This document shows, piece by piece, positions 1 through 12,243 of a stretch of DNA of 64,000 nucleotides; the first letter of the stretch is position 1, and each line of letters begins with the position of its first letter. Source of the stretch: Octopus vulgaris (taxonomy: Eukaryota); assembly GCA_951406725.2 (NCBI GenBank), contig OX597822.1, forward strand, positions 119,102,001 to 119,166,000, read 5' to 3'. The position numbers were made by a program, and so were the translations under genes. Under the pieces are notes generated by a model. That model ran no database searches and was not told the origin of the DNA. It worked only from the letters and a program-made list of their open reading frames with translations.

Positions 1-89
1 GGTGCTTTTACGTGCCACCCGCACAGGTGCCAGACGGAGCTGGCAAACGGCCACGAACGGATGGTGCTTTTACGTGCCACCGGCACAGG
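1..89 (-). mobile_element. Partial SINE family C (internal ~58-bp minisatellite units)
   Basis: ggtgcttttacgtgccacc units identical to those in 3400-4015. Confidence 0.75.
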
Positions 90-91
90 TA

Positions 92-133
<42 letters not shown>

Positions 134-134
<1 letters not shown>

Positions 135-352
135 TTTATTTAAAGCAGCAGAAAATTCAACAAAACCTGTTACTCTGAGTTTCACGTTGCCGTTCATCGG
201 ACAGTTTTTGCTAGCAACGTGAACGGCAACGTGAAAATCAGAGTAACAGGTTTTGTTGAATTTTCTGCTGCTTTAAATAAAGCATATTACTCTACCACTG
301 GTATTTGAGTACTCTTTTTTCCACCTTGTTTCACATTTATGTGTTTACTCCG
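134..352. mobile_element. Fold-back Penelope-like terminal-repeat remnant flanked by (TA)n
   Basis: Inverted arms ~134-196 and ~220-282, unique tail to ~352, (TA)n on both sides, carries a hammerhead. Confidence 0.7.
167..204 (-). ncRNA. Type I hammerhead ribozyme motif (U4C core variant)
   Basis: Minus strand reads ctgt CCGATGA acg-gcaa-cgt GAAA ctc-a-gag TA acag: stem I ctgt/acag, stem II with GNRA loop, stem III ctc/gag, GUA cleavage triplet. Confidence 0.75.
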
Positions 353-374
353 ATATATATATATATATATATAT

Positions 375-1056
375 TTTGATGTAAAAAGGTTGAATGTAGA
401 TTCATCCTTTAATTCGGAGGTTTCCAAAAAGATTTCTAATATTGATTCTTTATATTTTGCTGGTAGTTTACAGGCGTAAATTTGTGAATATGAAAATAAT
501 AATTGTGTATGATGTGTGGTGAATTTATGGAAAGAAATTCCATAAAACTCAGCAATTTAATTACAATTGGAGAAGACAAGTTGTTAAAATATATAAGAGA
601 ATTTTAATTGAGGCAGACGATCGTTTTGTACAGAGATATAAAAATAATGGAAATTCATGACTGAACTGAATTAAATTAAATTAATTAATTATATATCAAT
701 GTACTCTGCAGTGTAGGAAGTATAAACAAAGTTTTTACAATGAACAAGAGAAAGGAAATAGCAGGAGAATAGAATCTAGAAGATTCATATTTATCTTTAT
801 GAGAAAGAGATGTGAGTCCAGTTAGGTATTAACTATAAATTATGAATTTACGAGATACTATTCTCCTGCTATTTCCTTTCTCTTGTTCATTGTAAAAATT
901 TTGTTTATACTTTCTGCACTGAAGATTACATTGATATATAATTAATTAGTTTATTTAATTAATTTAATTTAATTCAATTCAATCATGAATATCCATTATT
1001 TTTATATCTCTGTACAAAATTATTGTCTGCATGAATTAAAATTCACCACGCATTAT

Positions 1057-1119
<63 letters not shown>

Positions 1120-1265
1120 ATGTGTGGTGAATTTATGGAAAGAAACCCCATAAAACTCAACAATTTTGTTAAAAATGGAGAAGAAAAGATGTTAAAATAT
1201 ATAAGAGAATTTTAATTCATGGAGATGATCATTTTGTACAAAGATATAAAAATAATGCAAATTCA
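375..1265. mobile_element. Retroposon 3' fragment with ~190-bp-arm fold-back and a second direct copy
   Basis: Inverted arms ~599-790 and ~838-1044; segment 512-657 (CGEFMERN...LKYIREF*) repeated at 1120-1265. Confidence 0.5.
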
Positions 1266-1328
1266 CCATGATAGATTGCTAGCCACTAAACCTTTTTTTA
1301 TTCTCTCTCCCTGTTTTTTTCTGTGTTC

Positions 1329-1364
1329 CTTTCTGTCCAAGAGCATAGGCTCGAAATGTAAAAG
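1329..1364 (+). ncRNA. Degenerate minimal hammerhead (core mutated), related to the 32763 motif
   Basis: cttt CTGTCCA agagc-ata-ggctc GAAA t GTA aaag; the helices are preserved but CTGATGA is broken. Confidence 0.45.
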
Positions 1365-1565
1365 ACTTTCTCACTTCCCAAGTTCTCCAGCTCATAGATC
1401 ACTGCCTACCACATTGTTATAAAAGGTAAGGCCAGTCATGAAAAATTAATTGTGGCACCTCAAAATGAATTAAGCCTTACATGAATAAGTGTAGTAATGC
1501 ATCTGTTTGTTGTTTACACACCCATCTTCGTCTTTTGTTTTTTTGTAAATTCTCATTATATATAC

Positions 1566-1875
1566 AAGTAACAAGGATGTCCAGGTATTAATATATTACG
1601 GACGTTTTGAGAAGCTCCATTTAATTGATCAATGAAAATATTACATCAATTTGAAAGAAACCAGTCTCCTCAGACGTAGACGATGATATAGATTTCCAAC
1701 ATAAAGGATAAACCATTGTTATGAATGGTCTATCCTTAATGTTGGAAATCTATGTGGTCGTCTACGTCTGAGGAGAGTGGTTTCTTTCAAATTGATGTAA
1801 TATTTTCATTGATCAATTAAATGGAACTACTTGCAATGGCTGTAATGTATAGGTATCTGGACATCCTTGTTACTT
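1566..1875. mobile_element. Fold-back PLE-like remnant, ~150-bp arms with 6-nt loop, degenerate hammerhead in each arm
   Basis: Arms 1566-1717 and 1724-1875; each arm has CTGAGGAGA and a decayed GAAAC..GTA (ctcaaaacgtccgta on the minus strand of the left arm). Confidence 0.6.
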
Positions 1876-2040
1876 ATTTACAATTTGTTCACCTAAATTA
1901 GAGCTGTGTGGACTATACCGAACTGGTTTGGTGTCTCAGTTCAAGTATCTAATTCAACTGAATCTTATTTTATATATATGAGTGTGTGTATGTGTGTGTG
2001 TGTATGTATATATGTGTGTGTGTGTATATATGTATATGTA

Positions 2041-2479
2041 GTCTGATCAATAAGTATCCAAACTGTTGCCATGGTAACGAAGCTAAAGCACATGTATATA
2101 TTTCCCCTCACAGTTCTGCTGACTGAGGGTCTCCCAGAATGTTCATCAATATCAACATTTTTCAACCATCTTGGAAACATCTGAACCACTCGTACACTTG
2201 TGTGCGACTCATACACTCCTCTCCATACACTTTCTGTAACTTAGTGTAGGCCTCTGAACAGGTATCACCACGACAACTTACTCTGTCATGGTCAATGCAA
2301 CGATCACACACTACACACCTTCCTTCCAAGCACTGCTGTAAACGGTGGAAGTGAGCTACAATGTTAAAACCCAGTGCACATGCACAGCAAAGCTGAAGGT
2401 CAAGCTGTGCCAAGCAGCTTTACTCTGCATGTTTTAGCTTCGTTACTATGGCAACAATCCAGACACTTATTGATCAGAC
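2041..2479 (-). mobile_element. Internally deleted mariner element
   Basis: ~50-bp TIRs (gtctgatcaataagt... / ...acttattgatcagac); internal HTH remnant SEAYTKLQKVYGEECMSRTQVYEWF...DEHSGRPS. Confidence 0.85.
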
Positions 2480-2540
2480 CTTCGGATGTATGTGTGTATA
2501 TATATATATATGTGTGTGTGTGTGTACACACGCACACACA

Positions 2541-3330
2541 CAGAGTGTGGTGAACAAATTGTCATCTAAATTATGCAAAAATGAAAATAACACTGATACC
2601 TCATTTTAACAGATATGTTTATCAAAATTACATAAAAATATGGAATACTAAAAAGTAAATTCATTCAATAAAACCGCCATTGGATTCAACCACGGGCCTC
2701 CAGATGACCATAATCATTGCCTTCAGTTCATCTTTGGTGTTACAAGGAGTTTTGTTGGTCTCTTGCTTAACTGCACCCCACACATAATAATGAAGGGGAT
2801 TGTAGTCTGAGGAGTTAGGTGACCAGCTGCTAGGGGCGATGTGGTTGTTGAAATTGTCTGAGAGCCATGACTGGGTCCTCCTGCTTGTGTGGCATGGTGA
2901 AGAGTCCTGTTGTCAGACATAGCATCTTCCTGCAGTCACCCTCTTGACCCAGGTCAGCACTTGATGTAGACCTCTGTGTTGAGTCTGAGGCCATAGGGGA
3001 AGATGAATGGAAATATAACGTTGCCATGATGTTGACTGGATGTTTGATTTTTATCATTCTCAGTACATGACCTCACATTGCACAATCCTCAGATTGACAC
3101 CCAAACACTCTGAAATGTTCGTATTAGAGCTTCTGGCATGAATGCCAAGCAGTAGAGCATGTTGTTTCCAAATTTCTGGCAGAGTGAATTGTGTCATGGT
3201 GTTGTTTTTCACACAGACGGTGCCCAACTGACCCTACTATGCTTAGTAGTCAACAAAATCAAAAACAAACAATGTGCATGTGTGAAATTAAAAATATAAA
3301 ATGGCAACAATTTACCCATCGCACCCAGTA
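2541..3330 (-). mobile_element. Decayed Tc1/mariner-superfamily element
   Basis: Imperfect TIRs cagagtgtggtgaacaaattgtc / caacaatttacccatcgcacccag; minus-strand C-terminal remnant ..VVESNGGFIE* near 2665-2700. Confidence 0.55.
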
Positions 3331-3365
3331 TGTGTGTGTGTGTATATACACATACATATATACAC

Positions 3366-3399
<34 letters not shown>

Positions 3400-3403
<4 letters not shown>

Positions 3404-4015
3404 TCATCATCATCATCATCATTTAGCGTCCGCTTTCCATGCTAGCATGGGTTGGACGGGTCAACTGGGGTCTGTGAAGCTGGAAGGCTTCGTCAGGCCC
3501 AGTCAGATCTGGCAGTGTTTCTACGGCTGGATGCCCTTCCTAACGCCAACCACTCCGCGAGTGTAGTGGGTGTTTTTTACGTGCCACCTGCACAGGTGCC
3601 ACACAGAGCTGGCGAACGGCCATGAATGGATGGTGCTTTTACGTGTTACCGGCACGGGGCCAGGCGATGCTGGCAACGGACACGAACGGATGGTGCTTTT
3701 ACGTGCCACCGACACGGGGCCAGACAGAGCTGGCAAACGGCCACGAACGGACGGTGCTTTTACGTGTCACCGGCACGGGGGCCAGCCTAGGCTGGCAATG
3801 GACGTGAACGGATGGTGCTTTTACGTGCCACCGACACGGTTGCCAAACAGAGCTGGCAAACGGCCACGAACGGATGGTGCTTTTACGTGTCACCGGCACG
3901 GGGGCCAGGCAGAGCTGGCAAACGGCCACGAGCGAATGGTACTTTTACGTATCACTGGCACGGGTGCCAGACGAGGCTGACAGCGGACACGAACGGATGG
4001 GTCACTTAACCCCTG
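3400..4015 (-). mobile_element. SINE-like family C with (ATG)n tail and expanded ~58-bp internal tandem repeat
   Basis: Shared body ...ggagtggttggcgttaggaagggcatccagc...aacccatgctagcatggaaagcggacg-(atg)n; about 7 units of gtggcacgtaaaagcacc... Other copies: 8630-8945(-), 13040-13210(-, decayed), 13750-14228(+), 17728-17980(-), 31398-31700(+), 44970-45428(+), 48060-48465(+), 49608-50024(+). Confidence 0.8.
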
Positions 4016-4869
4016 CTTTCTGATATATGATTTGATTTTGATTTTGATATATATATATATATATATGTATGTTTATATGTGTATGTGTGTATATATATAT
4101 ATATATATACACATACATATATATATATATATACATATGTATATACATTCATACATACATACATATGTGTGTGTGTATGCAGTTTTTCATAAAAACATAT
4201 ACATGCATACACATAACCAATGATCTTTTGAACTTTCTTGATGATAGCAAATTATTATATTTTTGTGTGTATGTAGTGTGATAAGAGTATAAAGGAGATA
4301 TCCACAGTTACTCTTGCTGAGAGACAGAAAACTTTACAAATAATGGCAGCCATATGAGTTTTACAAGCTGTTATTCTGATATCTCCATTGTCTAGAAAGT
4401 CTCTTGTACGTATTTATTAACTAAATAAAGGAGATACGGTACATAAAAAATACAGATATGGTCAAGTGAAATCTACTTTACTAGGTGCTAAATTATCAAT
4501 AAGTAATTTGAGTGAAAAAGAAATAAAACATTTCTAGTGTGGTGTTAGTGTTGTTAAATAATTATTGAAGAAAGATAATGTCTGATAGGTTGTCTGTTAT
4601 GTTCTTAATGGCCTCATAATGGTTTAGAATTTTGGTACAAGGCTAGAATTTCATGGGAGGGGGTACTATGTCAATTACTTCGACCCCCAGTACTCAACTC
4701 AACTTATTTTATCAACCCTGAAAGAATAGTATTCAAAGTCAGCCTCAGTAGAATTTGAACTCAGAACATAAAGTTGGATGAAATGTTTCTAAGCATCTTG
4801 CCAAGAAGCTCATGATTCTGCCAGCTCACCTCTTTCTTGGCCACACTAATATTGGTATTAGTTCTTACT

Positions 4870-5097
4870 TCTTTATTGCCCACAAGAGGCTAAACATAGA
4901 GGGGACAAACAAGGACAGACAGATGGATTAAGTTGATTATATCGACCCCCGGTGTGTAACTGGTACTTATTTAATCGACCCTGAAAGGATGAAAGGCAAA
5001 GTCGAACTTGGCGGAATCTGAACTCAGAATGAAGCAGCAGACGAAATACTGCCAAGCATTTCGCCCAGTGTGCTCACGTTTCTGCCAGCTCGCCACC
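4870..5097 (-). mobile_element. tRNA-derived SINE family B (Nin/Deu-domain-like core)
   Basis: Head ggcgagctggcagaa...gagttcaaattc, core gactttgcctttcatcctttcggggtcga...aagtaccag. Other copies: 4625-4830(-), 6825-7010, 10940-11145, 41340-41500, 52010-52230, 52240-52440, 53105-53300(-), 55722-55955(+). Confidence 0.8.
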
Positions 5098-6029
5098 AAG
5101 CGAGCTTTTATTATCAAACTTTTATTATAAGCTTTTTTTATCAAGTAACATTTGCATTTACATACATAGAACAGTTGAATAAATAGAACAACATCCAAGC
5201 GATATCAAATGGAATAAGTTCAAGTTTCACTGCAGAATATACTAATTAGTAATATAATAATTAGCTCATAATTGAGAATGAATTAAGTTGAAAGAAAGAG
5301 AACACCTTATCCCAAAACTGACTTTGAAAAACTCCTCAAGTCATTCTGTCTGGGAATTCAAAATCCCAACTTCTTATAATACTCAGTGGAATTCCTAGAA
5401 TGCTCAACCAGGCTATTTGATCAGAAGACTCCAGTTTATTTGGTCATAAGTCATGTTCATGTAAGAGTTAATTCATTTTGTGGTGCCACAATTAATTTTT
5501 CATGACTGGCCTTACCTTTTATAACAATGTGGTAGGCGGTGATGTATGAGCTGGAGAGCTTGAGCATCATGGTTCAAAATGCAGAAGGAGCTTTACTATA
5601 CATTTAAGAAAGAAAATGTAATTTCAGAATGGCAGCAGAAAACATAAGCACCTAAGCATGTTAACAGTAGTTTTTTTGGGTTTTTTTTTTGACTGGATAA
5701 TAATTTTCAAAAATGCATTTAGCTTGGCTTTCTTGATGCCATTATTTTGGAAGTTTACTGCATATATTAACAAGTTGAAGAAGATTCTATATTTCACTGC
5801 TTAAGAATTGTGGAATTAAAATGCTCTCTAAATTAGACATGAAAGTTATAGGAAGGGAGAATGCAAAGTTGGGGCATTTTGCTTCTCTTCTTGACAGTAC
5901 TTAGGCAGATATTTGCAGTTCATAAGAGAGGAAAGACCGACTAAAATTCAAAGAGAAATGCTAAGTTCTTCACTCTTCACTGAGTTTCATTTCATTCCTA
6001 AGATAATGATCAGATTAACAACATCACTT

Positions 6030-6103
<74 letters not shown>

Positions 6104-7126
6104 TCTTTATTGATCTATGGCATTCAGTCTGGATTATTTCTTTAAATTTAGGATAAATTTCAGAATCTGAGGAAACTAGTGATGGTCTGTGTTAGTAATA
6201 AATAGAATTAGTTCATTGAAGTTGTTCAATGAGTGGAATTCTGTGAGAAGTGGAGAAATTGATATTTCAAGTTGTTTGTATTAGTCTGAAAGTGAAGAGA
6301 GAGAGGGGGGGAGGGGGAGAGAAAGTGATGTTGTTAACCTCATCAGTTATCTCTTTCCATTCACTTACATTACTAAAGCAGTGCTCTGGCACTCACTCCC
6401 CTGACTCAGTGTCCACAACTGAGTCTGACATTCCTGTGGCTCACTGTGGGGGATAAAGTTCATCTCACTCTGATATATATATTGTGTTTTTAGCACTACA
6501 TATCTATCATCTCAGATAAAAACCACAGCATCATCCTTACAAAGCTACATGTGATTGATTTTGAGTTTTTACATGACCCCCTCTACCTGCTATAAATAAC
6601 AGCCAAATCTCCTCAAATCTCACTCTACTGTCTTCAATAATGGGAGGACACATTGAAGAACATAAACCAAGACATTCTCCTAGAAAGATGGTGTGGTCAC
6701 TTCTGGAAAGTCTTTGAGTATAGATCTGCTCTCAGTCAGAGCAGACACGAGGTGGTGGAGGCGGCGGTGGCGGCAGCGGTGGTGGTCTATAGGTAAAAAA
6801 ATGATTGAGCAATACCGATTTAGAATATTGGCAAGCTCATTAGAACCTCAGAAAAAATGCTTGTTGTGTTGGTTCCAGGTCTTTACATTCTGAGTTCAAA
6901 TTACATGGAGGTCATCTTTACCTTTTGGCTCTGCAGGGATCTATAATGTAAAGTACAGGGGTTGATGTGATCAACTAACTGCACCACCACCCCCTGTAAA
7001 TTGTGCCTAAATGAGAAGCAATACAAGTTGGCCATTTTATGTGCCTAAAGCAAAAGATTCCCAATATTTGATATAAACACAAAATTACAATGACTCCCAG
7101 ATTCAATATTAGAAAATAATTTGATA

Positions 7127-7464
7127 ATTCTGTTGTGTCTGGGGAGAGTCATTTTTTTTTGTGCCTTATAGTGTAACACACTCACCATTAAAATTTCCAC
7201 TTTTTTCTTATTTTTATTTTCCTAAAATTTTCGTTGCGTCTTGCAACCTTTTCAATAGTTTTGACTCTCAAGACTATTGAAAAGGTTGCAAGATGCAACG
7301 AAAATTTTAGAAAGATAAAAAGAAATGAGTAAAAATTTTACCGGTGAGTGTATTACATTATAAGGCACAAAAAGAAAATGACTCTCTCCAGACACAACAG
7401 AATATGCTTCAACATGCAAACTCATATAAAGAATCTTGCAAACCAAATCCAAAAACGAAATTTA
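7127..7464. mobile_element. Fold-back PLE-like remnant in intron 1 of the TGF-beta-like gene
   Basis: Arms 7127-7265 and 7271-7403 plus tail to ~7464; same family at 44082-44398 and a fragment at ~57848-57905. Confidence 0.7.
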
Positions 7465-7476
7465 AAAATTCCATAC

Positions 7477-7852
7477 CATCAATGATGTAATATCCACGAA
7501 TAGCTTCACGAGGTGATGACTTCCAGTGAATATTCTTTTGTTTCTTTGAGGTCATATACTGGTATAAACGGATCATATAATCTGGTGCTGAAGTGTGGTT
7601 ACTCCAAGTCGGACTTACTTCAGAATCGAGATTGGACAGCAAATAATATTCTACCATTTGATGAAACATTCGCAGGTCAGCATGACTTTTGGGCTTTGAA
7701 GTAGTTGGCTCAGTTATGGTTGTTCCACAGTTGGTGCAGCTTGCCGTTGTAGTTGAGCTTCTTGCTCTAGAACTGTAAAATCTTTGGGTGTTTCCATTTT
7801 GCTCACTAGAAACAAAGGCACAGAGAAGTATTATCGGAAGCCTAATAAGCAT
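7477..7852 (-). CDS. First coding exon of a TGF-beta superfamily (BMP/GDF/Nodal/activin-type) precursor: signal peptide plus prodomain N-terminus
   Basis: ATG at 7852 gives MLIRLPIILLCAFVSS (signal-peptide-like), then CTNC, YLLSNL, SAPDYMIRLYQYM (PxYMxxLY prodomain motif) and AIRGY (equivalent to VRSF/IRSF). It ends at a phase-1 donor GAT G|GTATGG at 7477/7476, the typical intron position in BMP-type genes. No mature-domain exon found in the window; it probably lies left of position 1. Confidence 0.75.
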
Positions 7853-8187
7853 AATATATTCAGAGGTATTTTGCTGCACTAACTTATCTTTTTCAATTTG
7901 ATAATAAAATATATAATTATTGTAGAGTATCCCCTTGCATATAAATATCAGAAATATTTAAGAATATAAGAAATTGACTGTAATATTGACTTGCATTCAA
8001 CAAACACTTCAAACCCTTATTCTATATCATCACAGTAAAATGTTTTTTGTATGAAAGCATATCATTGTGTTTTATGTTGTAAGTGATGGTAGTAACCAGT
8101 CAAATATTGTATGGTCTTGAAATAATGTCTGCTGGTTATTATAAATGCATACACAGATACAAACATATATGTGCATGTATGTGTGTG

Positions 8188-8228
<41 letters not shown>

Positions 8229-8346
8229 CAAAGGACCTTCATACTGTACTTGAAATTCTAATGAGCGGAAAAATAGAACTGCCGACTAAACAAACGTCAA
8301 CTTGTTGACAAGTCAATGTCATGTAAAACAGAAATTGTATATATTA

Positions 8347-8396
<50 letters not shown>

Positions 8397-8544
8397 TGTG
8401 TGCATGTGTGTGTATGTGTGTGTGTATGTGCGTGTGTATAATTATGCATATGTGTACATATATATGCATGAGTGTGTATATATACATATATATATATATC
8501 TCTATATATAAAGAAATATATGTATGTATATATGTATGTGTGTA

Positions 8545-8615
8545 TATATTTGATTTTTGATTTTGATTTTCCAGTTTCAGCTAATGAGCTGTGGCCATGC
8601 TGGGGCACCGCCATT
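8545..8615 (-). mobile_element. 3' terminal fragment of the CR1-type LINE seen at 57240-57838
   Basis: atggcggtgccccagcatggccacagctcattagctgaaact followed by (aaaatc)n tail. Confidence 0.65.
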
Positions 8616-8948
8616 TATATATATATATATCATCATCATCATCATCATCATTTAGCGTCCGTTTTCCATGCTAGCATGGGTTGGACAGTTTAACTGGGGT
8701 CTGTGAACCTGGAAGGCTTCAACAGGCCCAGTCTGATCTGGCAATGTTTCTACGGCTGGATGCCCTTCCTAACGCCAACCACTCCGTGAGTGTAGTGAGT
8801 GCTTTTTACGTGCCACCTGCACAGGTGCCAGACAGAGCTGGCTCACGGCCATGAACGGATGGTGTTTTTTCGTGCCACCGGCACGGGGGTCAGGCGAGGC
8901 TGGCAACGGACACGAACGGATGGTGCTTTTACGTGCTACCGGCATGGG

Positions 8949-9356
8949 GGCGCAGGAGTGGCTGTGTGGTAAGTAGCTTGCTTACTAACCACATGGTTCC
9001 GGGTTCAGTCCCACTGTGTGGCACCTTGGGCAAGTGTCTTCTGCTATAGCCTCGGGCTGACCAATGCCTTGTGAGTGGATTTGGAAGATGGAAACTGAAA
9101 GAAGCCTGTCGTATATATGTATATATATATATGTGTCTGTGTATATGTTTGTGTGTCTGTGTTTGTCCCCCTAGCATTGCTTGACAACCGATGCTGGTGT
9201 GTTTACGTTCACGTCACTTAGCGGTTCGGCAAAATAGACCGATAGAATAAGTACTGGGCTTACACAGAATAAGTCCTGGGGTCGATTTGCTCGACTAAAG
9301 GCAGTGCTCCAGCATGGCCACAGTCAAATGACTGAAACAAGTAAAAGAGTAAAAGA

Positions 9357-9357
<1 letters not shown>
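8949..9357 (+). mobile_element. tRNA-derived SINE family A (~410 bp), most abundant element in the window
   Basis: A/B boxes (tggctgtgtggt; ggttcagtccc), central (TA/TG)n, tail ggcggtgctccagcatggccgcagtcaaatgactgaaac-(aaaagagt)n. Other copies: 10055-10445(+), 10470-10880(-), 15575-15987(+), 26628-27056(-), 31140-31330(-), 36492-36905(+), 37238-37664(-), 46811-47220(+), 48871-49040(+), 50030-50445(-), 51130-51520(+), 53725-54085(+), 54978-55383(+). Confidence 0.9.
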
Positions 9358-9400
<43 letters not shown>

Positions 9401-9411
9401 ATATATATATG

Positions 9412-9465
<54 letters not shown>

Positions 9466-11357
9466 TATACATACACATGTATGCATTTATATATATGGAG
9501 GGTGTATGTGTGTGTATATATATATGTGTCTTTGTTTTATTAGAAACAGAAAAAATTCACAAATTATTACCATACACAAATACCTGACACACACACACAC
9601 ATAACCACCTATAAGCACACACATGCTGAAATAAAAGTTTCATATGCCAATAGCCAACACTAGACTGTGTGATATTGAGTTATTATTTCGTCAATAACAC
9701 TGTCTGATATTAAATTTATTGAGCCAATCGATACAATATTGAATTGAAGTTATTGAATCAAAAATACTTTTTGAAATTTAATCTATTAAGTGAATAAATA
9801 CTGTGTGAAATTAAATTTGCTGAGTCTGTAATTGAAGCCAGAATAATGTTGCCAATTCACCTCGCTTTTGTCTTCTGTAGCCTTCTGTAGGCGTCAGAGA
9901 GTTTGCATCTCCTTCCTTTGTTAAGAACTAAAAGACAGCACGTTGCTTTTGCTGGAAACCTATTATTATTTTCCAGCAATGAAGAAACGGTTGAGAATTT
10001 ACTCCATATCATGTGCAATTTGGACAACCTATATCAGTTAATAAAACAATTATACTGGTAGCTTTGTGTTAAGAAGCTTGCTTCCCTACCACATGGTTCC
10101 GGGTTCAGTTCCACTGCATGTCACCTTGGCCAAGTGTCTTCTACTTTAGCCTTCGGCTGAACAAAGCCTTGTGAATGGACTTGGTAGATGGAAACTGAAA
10201 GAAGCCCATCTTATATGTGCATGTATGTGTGTGTGTGTGTGTGTCCATGTTTGTCCTCCCTACCACCACCACTGCTTGACAACCAGTGCTGGTATATTTA
10301 CATCCTTGTGACTTAGCGGTTCGGCAAACAGACCAATAGAATAAATACCAGGATTTAAAAACATGAATACTTGAGTCAGTAGATTTCATTAAAAATTCTT
10401 CAAGGCATTGTCCCAGCATGGCCACAGTCTAATGTCTGAATCAAGTTGTGTGTGTGTGAGTGTGTTTTACTTACTCTTTTACTCTTTTATTTGTTTCAGT
10501 CATTTGACTGCGGCCATGCTGGAGAACCGCCTTTAGTCGAGCAAATCAACCCCGGGACTTATTCTTTGTAAGCCCAGTACTTATTCTATCGGTCTGTTTT
10601 GCCGAACCGCTAAGTGACGGGGACGGAAACACACTAGCATCGGTTGTCAAGCAATGCTAGGGGGACAAACACAGACACACAAACACACACACGCACATAT
10701 ATATGTATACATATATACGACAGGCTTCTTTCAGTTTCCGTCTACCAAATCCACTCACAAGGCATTGGTCAGCCCGGGGCTATAGTAGAAGACACTTGCC
10801 CAAGATGCCATGCAGTTGAACTGAACCCAGAACTATGTGATTCGTAAGCAAGCTACTTACCACACAGCCACTCCTACACCTATATATATATATATATATT
10901 TCATTACTAAACAAATAGAACAGAAAAAGCAATGAACTGGGAGAACCTTTGGTGTGTCAGACAAAATGCTTAGCAGAATTTCTTTTGACTCTTTACGTTC
11001 TGAGTTCCAATCTTGCTAAGGTCAAATTTGATTAAAACTTTTTGGGGATCGATAAAATAAAGTAGGGGCCAGAAACAAGAGTTGATATAATCTATTTGCT
11101 GCCCTTGCCTAAACCGAAATTTGCTGACCTTGTGCTAAAATTAGAGAAAAATTAGAAAATAATTTGTATTTCATTTTGGAAATCTTACTTAGCAAGTTTA
11201 TAAAAGCATTTGAATGTTTGCAGACCAGTGTGTATATGCTTGTATATGTTTGAATTTATAAGAGTGTTTTTATGTATGGGTGTGCTTATAACAAAGGAAT
11301 ATATATGCATGAGTATATATATGTAAGTGAAAGAGTGAAAGAAAAGACATTGTATAC

Positions 11358-11391
<34 letters not shown>

Positions 11392-11769
11392 GGATAGACA
11401 GAGGCAAAAAGAGAGCAACAGGGAGACAGAGAGACAAAGAGAGACAGAGAGGCAAAGAGTGACAGAGAAGCAAAGAGAGACAGAGAGAGATAGCGATAGA
11501 TAAAGAGAGACAGAGAAAGAGACAGTGTTTTGAATTTGATTGTATGATGAATACTTTTTAAATATGTAAGATAAAAAAAAATATTTATAATTTTGATTGT
11601 GTTTGCATTTGTGCAAACGAGAATAAGAAATCAGTGGAGCTTTTATACGTTTTGTTTTTGTACATGTTTGAAATAGGATACGGATGGGGTTTATGGGTGT
11701 GTGTATGTATGTATGAGTGTATACATATATATATGCATGCAACGAGAGTGGTTTGCATATGTTTGTGTC

Positions 11770-11779
11770 TGCATGTATG

Positions 11780-11811
<32 letters not shown>

Positions 11812-12195
11812 TGTATGGTTGTTTGTATGTATGTATGCATGTATGTATGTATGTATGTATGCATGCCTGTATGTATGTATGTATGCCTGTATGTATGTAT
11901 GTATGTATGTATGTATGTATGTATGTACGTATGTATGTATGTATGTATGCATGCATGTATGTACGTATGTATGTATGTATGTATGTATGTATGTATGTAT
12001 GTATGTATGTATGTATGTATGTATGTATGTATGTATGTATGTATGTATGCATGCATGTATGTATGTATGTATGTATGTATGTATGTATGTGTATGTATGT
12101 ATGTATGTATGCATGCATGTATGTATGTATGTATGTATGTATGTATGTATGTATGTATGTATGTATGTATGTATGCATGTATGTATGTATGTATA

Positions 12196-12231
<36 letters not shown>

Positions 12232-12243
12232 TGTATGCATGCA
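11770..12243. repeat. (ATGT)n microsatellite
   Basis: Direct reading. Confidence 0.95.

Noticed and set aside
3560-4000. CRISPR-like repeat/spacer appearance
   Set aside because: Spacers are homologous to each other, the context is a eukaryotic SINE and there are no cas genes.
6368-6470. Possible minus-strand exon 2 of the TGF-beta-like gene (AG...GTAAGT)
   Set aside because: No polypyrimidine tract, an immediate stop in the phase-1 frame and no prodomain similarity.
7409-7476. C-terminal extension of the 156-aa ORF
   Set aside because: It is read-through past the splice donor into a repeat also present at 44.1 kb.
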